Part shown: piece by piece, positions 15,650-23,121 of the stretch
Position numbering within the stretch: position 1 is the stretch's first letter
How the letters are laid out: every line of letters starts with the position of its first letter
Assembly: GCA_016204155.1 (NCBI GenBank)
Contig: JACQLG010000063.1
Span: 1 to 43,938 of the forward strand
Length of the DNA stretch: 43,938 nucleotides
Origin: Candidatus Niyogibacteria bacterium
GTDB lineage: Bacteria; Patescibacteriota; Minisyncoccia; 1-14-0-10-42-19
Direction of reading: 5' to 3'
The notes under the pieces: model-generated
The model's database searches: none
Seen by the model: only the letters and a program-made list of their open reading frames with translations
Told to the model about the DNA's origin: nothing
Position numbers and translations under genes: made by a program

Positions 15650-16624
15650 TTACATCGAAAACTTTTTTAGAACATCTTTAATAATACCAAAGATGTCCTG
15701 ATCCGACCTTTCGGTCGGGATGGCGTCGGAACTTTCCGTACCGTTTGCTACAATATAACGGTCCGGAATAACTTTCCAGCGTTCTTCTTCGCCCGCCTGT
15801 AATTTCTGCAGAATCGGCGCAATAACACTTCTTGGAGAGGAGAACTTCTTATCAAAAAATATTATTGCGTTTTTTGTTTTGGCGTCACGAATAGCCAAAA
15901 CATCGTACTTCTTCTGATTCACGTCGGCGACAAACTTATTGTCGGTTACAAAATACCCGATATGAAACTCACTCCCAACAGAAATGTACGCCGGGGCAAC
16001 ATGTAGTGCCTTCTCTTGCTCTTGCTCCGCTCTTTTGTGAAGGCTGTAAAACCATTCTATCCTTGACCTGACATTCTCCGAACCAACGCCTTCGCTCACC
16101 AAATCACGCAAGTAGCGCGATAAACTAAACGGCTGGAAAGAGGATTTAATCACAGAAAGGATGTCACTGAATGCTTCGACGTTTGGCACTTCCTTTTTGT
16201 CAAGGATATTATTACGGAATGCCCGTACGACATCTGCCGCGCGAACCACTACCTCTGCCGGGTCATACCCCAGCCTGTACGCTTGTCGGCATAACCATGT
16301 TATAGAATATGGATACGACCGTAAATGGCCATCTTTATCGTTCTTCTCAAAAATAGCCATAATCCGCTTATCGGCATCAAGAGTTAGCTCTTGTCCGAAA
16401 TGATTGAATACTGCCCTCAATGCTCCTGTTCCGCGAAGAAGAGGAAATTTCCCTTCCTCAACGCATTGAGACACATTAACTGGCTGATCAGAAAATTCAA
16501 TCGCGAGTTCGCCGATCTCTTTTTCTAAAAAAAGAGAAAGGTAGAAATATGCCGCTATACCATGAAGTACTGGGCGCCTACCGCCGAAAGGACCTGTAAA
16601 AATCACTCCTGTAAAATCTTTCAT
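15650..16624 (-). CDS. hypothetical protein; apparent degenerate paralog of the N-terminal domain of the 12666-14312 product
   Basis: Strong RBS AAGGAGG. By eye, YFVTDNK / DVLAIRDAK / RWKVIPDRYIVANGTESSDAIPTERSDQDIFGIIKD parallels FIHSDNP / DVVAQRSTG / EWYYDHATNSIQNGGANPQSVAPTKISDEQFQKILK in the larger protein. It lacks the DHH-like block. Confidence 0.5.
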   Translation of the reverse strand: MKDFTGVIFTGPFGGRRPVLHGIAAYFYLSLFLEKEIGELAIEFSDQPVNVSQCVEEGKFPLLRGTGALRAVFNHFGQELTLDADKRIMAIFEKNDKDGHLRSYPYSITWLCRQAYRLGYDPAEVVVRAADVVRAFRNNILDKKEVPNVEAFSDILSVIKSSFQPFSLSRYLRDLVSEGVGSENVRSRIEWFYSLHKRAEQEQEKALHVAPAYISVGSEFHIGYFVTDNKFVADVNQKKYDVLAIRDAKTKNAIIFFDKKFSSPRSVIAPILQKLQAGEEERWKVIPDRYIVANGTESSDAIPTERSDQDIFGIIKDVLKKFSM

Positions 16625-16686
16625 TTGAAACCTCCTTCTTCTTTATTCTTTTGTGAATTTCGAAATGTATTATAGCATATCTGAAT

Positions 16687-16740
16687 AAAAAAAGCAAGCC
16701 CTTGAGAAAGAGGTAAGAACCTACTTCTACAAGGGCTTGT
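16687..16740 (-). terminator. terminator after the 638-aa orphan gene
   Basis: Stem gcaagcccttg (16694-16704) pairs with caagggcttg (16730-16739). On the minus strand it is followed by a T run (forward aaaaaaa, 16687-16693). The loop is long, about 25 nt. Confidence 0.5.
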
Positions 16741-16750
16741 AGTGCTTTAC

Positions 16751-18667
16751 TTATTCATCTTCATCATAGTCGACTGTGATGAAGGGAGATGGCGCTTGGA
16801 ACGGGTCAGAGGGAAATTCTGTAGCTTCATCACCGGATGTTTCAGTACGAGGCGACTCCTCGTCTTTCGCATCCGATTTCTCTGATTTCGGGCGGTAACG
16901 GCGTGGCTGTAAATACGATGGTGCATCCTCCCGCTTAATGCCTTTTTTACGACAATAGGCATCAAGCAGAAAGTAAAGTGCTGGATCCGGTACTTCAGAA
17001 AAACTAGATACAACACCGAGCTTCATTCGAAGCCTCTTCTCGGTATCAGAGTCAGACCCATATAGTTTTTCCACCAGTTGCAGTGTTGCTGCATCTGACG
17101 TTCCGTTTGAGCGTTTAAAGACAAAAGCTAAGGGTCTTTTTTCATCATCATGAGAAATCCCAAAAACGATGAAAGTTCCTTCTTCTGTCCCTTCAAGCAC
17201 AGCGATAAAATCCTGCGTTTGATACGCTTCTTCTGCCCGTTCAATTACCCAACCGAGTTCAAAGCGCTCGTTTTTGCGCTGTAAGGCTTTAATAACTGGC
17301 TTCTGCAATTCCTCAACAGGTCTATATTCACCCGGTTTGGGCAATCCGTTGCAGATCGTTTCGCGCTCATCCTTGTCTTCTGGAAATGCGACAGTATAGC
17401 CGCCCTTTCCATCGGCGTCAAAACGAAAACGTCTTTTTCGGCTCACCTTATCAAGCCCGTCCCAGCCTTCAATTGATACTGGGCACTGTCCGGCTACTTT
17501 CCCGGTCAGCAACTGTTCAAAGGTAATGGGGCTTGAGAGCTTTTTCCAACTGATGAACCTGTCAAGTTCTTTCCTGAACTCCCTCCGATCCTTCAGCTCT
17601 TTTAAGTGGATTTGGATACTCTCTCGGATAAGGCTGTTTCTTATATCTTCAATGCCTTTCTTGCCGACATCAAAGAATATAGAGAACTGTCCGCGCCACG
17701 ACCCATTCGGATCATTCTGTCGTGGTCCGAACATACGTCCTAAAAGATGCTCGTCGGTCTTCATGACTTTCAGTTCTACCTGATTAATCCTCTGCTTCCT
17801 TCTCCCGATTTCTATTAGGTTCACATCAAGACCCACGAGTAAACGACCATAAAAGATTAGTTGGCCTTCTTTTTCCCGTTTTAAGGGAAGAATATAGACG
17901 CCGATAACCCCGAGCTGATCGGTCTTGCCCAATACTACCGACTCAAATGTTTCAGACGAAATCAATCTTGGGTACTTTTCGGATCCCAAGACGTAGGGCT
18001 CGATCTTTTTGCGATAGGCCTCTTCCTCCTGCCTTTCGGCTTCTTCAACGGGAGCAAGAAAATCCTGTATCAGCACATCCTCTACAATCGCGCGCAGGAA
18101 CCTGTCTTTCGCGTAATCAGGATGGATCATAAACGCTTTGCCATCCCAACTGAATGAAAAGGCATCAAGATGATCCTTTTCATCTGCCAAAACCAGGAAA
18201 CCCTTCTCACGCCAGGCTTCTACCACCTTATCAATCGCCTGGCCATATTCGGCTTGTAGGCCGATTCTGAAATCGGGTAAATGATCTGTCTCCTTTATAA
18301 GAATATCATCTACCATTTTGCGGAATCCGCTCCGTAGCATGGCAAGACGAGGAATACTCGGATGTTTTGCAACAATCTCCGTCTCCGTCTCCTTAATCTT
18401 CTTTAGCTGCTCCTCGATTTCTAAAATCGAGTTTTGTATCCTCTTTTCAGAGATCTCGCGCTCTGTTTCTTGCAACAGACCGCGCAACTCCTCGATCTCG
18501 GCCTCATAATCCCTCTCTTCCTTATACAAATCAGCCAAAAAACTGATCCATCCCTCGGTCCTTTCTGTTGCCAAGGCTCTCCTCTGTGCTGAGTCCTCTT
18601 CCAACAGCCGTTTCCGTGCGGCTTGGATCCTTTCTTCTAATGTTTCTTCTTGCTTCTGTTCCACCAT
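16751..18667 (-). CDS. hypothetical 638-aa protein with an N-terminal coiled-coil region and an acidic C-terminal tail
   Basis: Long ORF with a perfect RBS, AAGGAGGTG. The N-terminal 110 aa or so are heptad-like and E/K/R-rich. No catalytic motif recognised. Confidence 0.55.
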   Translation of the reverse strand: MVEQKQEETLEERIQAARKRLLEEDSAQRRALATERTEGWISFLADLYKEERDYEAEIEELRGLLQETEREISEKRIQNSILEIEEQLKKIKETETEIVAKHPSIPRLAMLRSGFRKMVDDILIKETDHLPDFRIGLQAEYGQAIDKVVEAWREKGFLVLADEKDHLDAFSFSWDGKAFMIHPDYAKDRFLRAIVEDVLIQDFLAPVEEAERQEEEAYRKKIEPYVLGSEKYPRLISSETFESVVLGKTDQLGVIGVYILPLKREKEGQLIFYGRLLVGLDVNLIEIGRRKQRINQVELKVMKTDEHLLGRMFGPRQNDPNGSWRGQFSIFFDVGKKGIEDIRNSLIRESIQIHLKELKDRREFRKELDRFISWKKLSSPITFEQLLTGKVAGQCPVSIEGWDGLDKVSRKRRFRFDADGKGGYTVAFPEDKDERETICNGLPKPGEYRPVEELQKPVIKALQRKNERFELGWVIERAEEAYQTQDFIAVLEGTEEGTFIVFGISHDDEKRPLAFVFKRSNGTSDAATLQLVEKLYGSDSDTEKRLRMKLGVVSSFSEVPDPALYFLLDAYCRKKGIKREDAPSYLQPRRYRPKSEKSDAKDEESPRTETSGDEATEFPSDPFQAPSPFITVDYDEDE

Positions 18668-18742
18668 GGAACACCTCCTTGTAAAATTAGATTTTTACTT
18701 CTGTGCACTAAAACCAAAAAACGTTACAACACTCCTGGAATA

Positions 18743-18770
18743 CTTAATCTATCCAGCTTAATCTATCCAG
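18743..18770. repeat. perfect tandem duplication of a 14-mer (cttaatctatccag x2) in the leader of the 638-aa gene
   Basis: 18743-18756 is identical to 18757-18770. Confidence 0.9.
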
Positions 18771-18836
18771 ATCACCTCCTTGCTTATTGATTTTTTAGAT
18801 TTTTTATACTCAAAGACCTAGCTTAAAATCCCCCCT

Positions 18837-18864
18837 ATTATACAGCAATAATAGAAAATGTCAA
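18837..18864 (-). promoter_or_regulatory. consensus sigma70 promoter for the 638-aa gene
   Basis: On the minus strand: TTGACA (18864-18859), 16 nt, TATAAT (18842-18837). This implies a 5' leader of about 160 nt. Confidence 0.6.
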
Positions 18865-18920
18865 CCCTCGCTGACAAATAATATAGAAAGCAGAGAACCA
18901 AAGGGGCAATATAAACAACA

Positions 18921-18945
18921 TAAAAAGGCCTTCGGAAGAAGGCCT
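18921..18945 (-). terminator. terminator after the dehydrogenase gene
   Basis: Stem aggccttc (18926-18933) pairs with gaaggcct (18938-18945) around loop ggaa. A T run follows on the minus strand. Confidence 0.65.
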
Positions 18946-18948
18946 GAT

Positions 18949-20025
18949 TTAGTTCAAAGCAGCTAGTTTTTCTTGGTAGATCTTCTCTGCAGTTCTGTGA
19001 GCGGGCAGATTTTTTTTCTCGCTGTGATCAAAAATCGTTTCGAGCGCTTTTGGAATCTCTTCGAAAATAGTATGCAGCAATGCGCCGTGGTTATATCCCC
19101 CGTTGAGCGTTTCAAAATAAACTTTCCGTAAGCCGCCCGAATTAATAATATAATCCGGAGCGTACAAAATGCCCTTTTGATGCAATGCGTCGCCATCTTC
19201 CATGGAAAGCAGCGCATTATTTGCAGAACCGGCTACAATTCGATATTGCGCTTCTGCAATTGTGATTCCGCCGAGGGAACAGGGGACAAAAACATCAACA
19301 TGACTTGCAAAAATTTCTTCTATAGAAACAACAGAACAACTTCCACCAAATTCTGCCGAAGCTCTTTTTGTTTTCTCTTGATCAATATCTGCAATAACTA
19401 ACCTGCCGCCTGCCTGATGGATAAAACGCGCAATGGGGTAGCCGGTTTTCCCTAGCCCCTGAACCGCAAATGAACGGCCTTCGCATGAATTGCAGCCGAA
19501 AACTCTACGAAGGCAAACCCGAATCCCTTCAAATACCCCAAGAGCAGTCATTTGAGATGTTAAATCAGAAATATTGGAAAGATCAGGGAAAGGCATCTCA
19601 TCAATGTTATTTGCCAATCCCGCAATATGCCTCGTGTATTTTGCAACCTCAAAGGCGTCAGGATAATGAAATCCAGCATCTTCCGCAGTAACGTATTGGC
19701 CCCCGAGCGCATTAATACATTCGGCAATAAATTGATATAAAGCTTCGTTTTTATCACAATCAGGGTTTGCAATAAGTACCCCCTTTGCCCCGCCTACGGG
19801 CAAATTCGCCATAACGGCTTTCCGCGTCATTCCTGCAGACAGACGCAAAACATCCGTCCTTGCCGCATGAAAAGTCGGGTATGGGTAAATACGAAATCCA
19901 CCTATAGTCCTTCCCTGAATCTTTCTATGAATAGCGATGATCGCTGATTTATTTACCTTTTTATTAAAAAAGACCGCTTCAAGCTCATGACCATCGAACT
20001 CTGGATTTAGATACGCATATGGCAT
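18949..20025 (-). CDS. Glu/Leu/Phe/Val dehydrogenase family protein (leucine dehydrogenase-like size)
   Basis: The catalytic Lys block LPVGGAKGVL and the dinucleotide fold VQGLGKTGYPIA are present. At 358 aa it fits the Leu/Phe-DH subgroup. RBS is GGGGAGG. Confidence 0.85.
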   Translation of the reverse strand: MPYAYLNPEFDGHELEAVFFNKKVNKSAIIAIHRKIQGRTIGGFRIYPYPTFHAARTDVLRLSAGMTRKAVMANLPVGGAKGVLIANPDCDKNEALYQFIAECINALGGQYVTAEDAGFHYPDAFEVAKYTRHIAGLANNIDEMPFPDLSNISDLTSQMTALGVFEGIRVCLRRVFGCNSCEGRSFAVQGLGKTGYPIARFIHQAGGRLVIADIDQEKTKRASAEFGGSCSVVSIEEIFASHVDVFVPCSLGGITIAEAQYRIVAGSANNALLSMEDGDALHQKGILYAPDYIINSGGLRKVYFETLNGGYNHGALLHTIFEEIPKALETIFDHSEKKNLPAHRTAEKIYQEKLAALN

Positions 20026-20173
20026 TGAATACCTCCCCGGAATACATCTTTTGCAAAAAATTTTAAAATAAATCCATAGATAGTTTATACGAAATAGGCA
20101 GAAAAATCAAGGTATGAAAATCTTTGATTTTTAGGGATTTTTAAGATATCATAACCGATATTGGAGCAATGTT

Positions 20174-20254
20174 GCCGAGGTGGTGGAATGGCAGACACGC
20201 ACGACTCAAAATCGTGTGCCGCAAGGCATGAGGGTCCGACTCCCTCCCTCGGCA
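20174..20254 (+). tRNA. tRNA-Leu, anticodon CAA (hand-folded, long variable arm)
   Basis: Acceptor GCCGAGG/CCTCGGC; anticodon stem-loop CACGA-CTCAAAA-TCGTG; variable arm TGCCGCAAGGCAT; T arm GAGGG-TCCGACT-CCCTC; discriminator A. Confidence 0.85.
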
Positions 20255-20268
20255 TTCAAAATCTTCTT

Positions 20269-20296
20269 TTGCAAATTAAAGACAATTTGCTATTCT
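20269..20296 (+). promoter_or_regulatory. promoter placed for a leaderless parB mRNA
   Basis: TTGCAA (20269-20274), 16 nt, TATTCT (20291-20296), 6 nt, then ATG (20303). Confidence 0.5.
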
Positions 20297-20302
20297 AAAA
20301 AG

Positions 20303-21397
20303 ATGCCGAATGACTACCCTATACAACCGGATACCAGCGGCAGCATTTTTTCGGTGGAAACCGACCGGATAAAGCCGAATCCGCACCAGCCGCGGCGCGA
20401 ATTCGACGAGCAAAAATTAAAGGAACTTGCCGATTCAATACGCGCATACGGCATTTTGCAGCCGCTTGTTGTGATACGCCAAGAGATTGAAGTGCCTACA
20501 GGCACTAAAGTGGAATACGAGCTTATCGCTGGAGAACGGAGGTTGAGAGCCGCAAAACTCGCGGGAATCGCAAAAGTTCCCGTTATCATCCGTCAAGAGC
20601 CGCCGGAACGCATTAAGCTTGAAATCGCATTAATAGAAAATGTCCAACGCGAAGATTTAAATCCCATAGAACGCGCAGAAGCATTTAAACAGCTCTTGAA
20701 TAATTTTGGCTTGAAGCAGAAAGAGATAGCTGATCGCATCGGCAAATCGCGCGAATTCATCGCAAATTCCATCAGGATATTAACGCTTCCTAACACGATA
20801 AAAGAAGCACTGATCGCACGCCGGATATCAGAAGGCCATACAAGACCTCTTTTAATGCTTGATGACCGGCCAGAAGAACAAAGCCGAATGCTGGATGAGA
20901 TTATTTTCAAAAAATTAAACGTGCGGGAGAGCGAAAAGCTCGCACGGCGCGTTGCGGCTGATCGCGCGCGGAAAAGAGAGCCGTATTTCGATCCAAAAGT
21001 AAAACAAATGGAAACAATACTTTCGGATGCCTTGGGCACGCGCGTATCCATTGAACGCAAAGGGCCGGGAGGCCGCATTTTCATTGATTTCTTCTCACCC
21101 GAAGACCTGCATATTCTTCTTACAAAGGTAACGCATCAGGAGATTGCGCCCGAGATCTTAATCCCGCCGGATCATTTCAAAGAATTTGAAAAAGAGCGCG
21201 AGAAAACATCACTGTCCGAACACGAAAAGGCACACATACAGCCTGATGGGAAAGATGTTTCCGAAATAGCAACAGCAGAGACGCATGGAGAAAATGAATC
21301 ATCTTCGTCTCCTGGACAACACGAAGCGTTGTCCATTAAAGATACTGAGGATGAAGGGCAAGCAACAGACGAAGACCTCAAACATTTTTCTATTTAG
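20303..21397 (+). CDS. parB: chromosome partitioning protein ParB/Spo0J
   Basis: PNPHQPRREFDEQKLKELADSIRAYGILQPLVV and LIAGERRLRAAKLAG (ParB boxes) are present, with an HTH region and a long acidic C-terminal tail. The track ORF (20180) overlaps the tRNA-Leu, so I use the ATG at 20303. Confidence 0.9.
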   Translation: MPNDYPIQPDTSGSIFSVETDRIKPNPHQPRREFDEQKLKELADSIRAYGILQPLVVIRQEIEVPTGTKVEYELIAGERRLRAAKLAGIAKVPVIIRQEPPERIKLEIALIENVQREDLNPIERAEAFKQLLNNFGLKQKEIADRIGKSREFIANSIRILTLPNTIKEALIARRISEGHTRPLLMLDDRPEEQSRMLDEIIFKKLNVRESEKLARRVAADRARKREPYFDPKVKQMETILSDALGTRVSIERKGPGGRIFIDFFSPEDLHILLTKVTHQEIAPEILIPPDHFKEFEKEREKTSLSEHEKAHIQPDGKDVSEIATAETHGENESSSSPGQHEALSIKDTEDEGQATDEDLKHFSI

Positions 21398-23121
21398 ATC
21401 GTACGTTCTCTCCTACCTATCTTGACTGATTGCACGCCTTTGACGCGTTTAATGCGGGCGCGCACCCGATGAATGTCGTCTTTGCTATGCGGAATAAAAC
21501 TAATTTTTATTGAGGCGTATGCATTATCCCCTCTCACATGGCTTTCAATATCTTTAATGCTGATGCCGGAAGACGCAATGGCGGAAGAAACATCTTTAAG
21601 TATCCCCACCCGATCCTCAATCTCGACTACAATTTCTATTGGCTCCTGCTTGCGTAACAATATCTTCCCTGTCTGTTCGCGAACATACCGCCTAATGTGA
21701 TTGCGCGCCATGGATGTTTTTACAAAAGTAAGCCATTCGCGCGACGGATGCTGGTTTTTCTTCGTAAGTATCTCAACCACGTCCCCGGAATGTAATTCGG
21801 CATCAAACGAACTCATTTTGCCGTTCACTTTTGCTCCCACCGCATGATCCCCGATCTCCGAATGGATATGGTATGCAAAATCAATTGAAGTAGCTCCTTC
21901 CGGCAAATCAATAACATCACCCTTAGGCGTCAAAACAAAAATACGGTCTTTAAAAAAATCAATCTTTAATGACTCCAGAAAATCTTCGGAATTCATTTTT
22001 CCTTTCCGGAACGAACTCTGCCATTCCTTGAGTTGCGCGACCCAGGCAAGTTTTGGATTAATGGACGCGCCTTCTTTCGGCTTTCCTGCATGCTCCCACA
22101 TCCAGTGCGCCGCAATTCCAAATTCCGCTTCCTTATGCATTTCTTCAGTCCTGATCTGAAATTCAACAATCTGGCCATCAATACAGAAGACGGTCGTATG
22201 GAGGGACTGATAGCCGTTCGGTTTCGGAAGCGCTATGTAATCTTTAATGCGCCCGGGCAGGGGTTTCCAATGCTTGTGGATCAAGCCGAGAACGCCATAC
22301 GCGTCATTCACATCATGAATGATAATGCGAACCGCCACCAAATCAAAAATGCGCTCCCAATCCATGTCATAACGCTGAAGCTTTTTCCATAAACTATAAT
22401 AATGCTTTGCCCGCGCATGAATTTCAAGCGCTTTAATTCCTTCACGATTCAATTCTTTTTTGATAATCGGCATTACGCGCTCAAGATATATCTCGCGTTC
22501 AGGCAGGCGTTTTTTAACTTCTTCCTCAATCCAGAAGTATTCATCGGGATAGACGTAGCGAAACGCTAAATCCTCCAGTTGCGCTTTTATTTCCCCCATT
22601 CCCAGCCGATCAGCAACCGACGCATAAATATCAAGAGTTTCTTTTGCGATACGTTCGCGCTTTTCAGGATACGGCAAGGATGAAAGCGTTTCCATATTAT
22701 GAAGACGGTCGCAAAGCTTAATAATAACCACTCGAACGTCTTTTGCGACTGCGAGGAACATTTTACGCATCGACTCAACCGTACGTTCAACGCCATGGTA
22801 TCTCAGCTTGTCAACTTTCGTAACACCGTCAACCAAAAATGCGATATTTTCTCCAAATCTCTTCCGGATTTCTTTCAACTCTGCGCCCTTATCTTCTACC
22901 GTGTCATGAAGCAGGGCTGCCGCGATCGTTTGCGAGTCTAATCCTATTTCGGCAACTTTCAACGAAACCGCTATGGGATGCAGGATATAATCATCTCCCG
23001 AATGGCGCTTCTGTCTTTCATGCGCCTTAGTCGCATATAAAAAAGCAGCCTCAAGGAGGTTAAGATCTTCTTTTGAAAAATGCGATTTCGGCAATTGTTT
23101 TTTATATTCAATCCATGTCAT
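21394..23121 (-). CDS. rel: bifunctional (p)ppGpp synthetase/hydrolase (RelA/SpoT homolog)
   Basis: Contains the HD hydrolase motif LLHDTVED, the synthetase block NGYQSLHTTV, a TGS region (VLTPKGDVIDLPEGATSIDFAY) and a C-terminal ACT-like region. I prefer the ATG at 23121, preceded by AAAGAGGAG. It overlaps the topA 3' end by 14 nt. Confidence 0.9.
   Translation of the reverse strand: MTWIEYKKQLPKSHFSKEDLNLLEAAFLYATKAHERQKRHSGDDYILHPIAVSLKVAEIGLDSQTIAAALLHDTVEDKGAELKEIRKRFGENIAFLVDGVTKVDKLRYHGVERTVESMRKMFLAVAKDVRVVIIKLCDRLHNMETLSSLPYPEKRERIAKETLDIYASVADRLGMGEIKAQLEDLAFRYVYPDEYFWIEEEVKKRLPEREIYLERVMPIIKKELNREGIKALEIHARAKHYYSLWKKLQRYDMDWERIFDLVAVRIIIHDVNDAYGVLGLIHKHWKPLPGRIKDYIALPKPNGYQSLHTTVFCIDGQIVEFQIRTEEMHKEAEFGIAAHWMWEHAGKPKEGASINPKLAWVAQLKEWQSSFRKGKMNSEDFLESLKIDFFKDRIFVLTPKGDVIDLPEGATSIDFAYHIHSEIGDHAVGAKVNGKMSSFDAELHSGDVVEILTKKNQHPSREWLTFVKTSMARNHIRRYVREQTGKILLRKQEPIEIVVEIEDRVGILKDVSSAIASSGISIKDIESHVRGDNAYASIKISFIPHSKDDIHRVRARIKRVKGVQSVKIGRRERTI

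Noticed and set aside
20180-20302. N-terminal extension of the parB ORF in the track; also 31988-32113 for rnj and the minus-strand ORF at 31969-32256
   Set aside because: These extensions run through the tRNA-Leu genes I folded at 20174-20254 and 31982-32064. Conserved protein sequence only begins at the internal ATGs.
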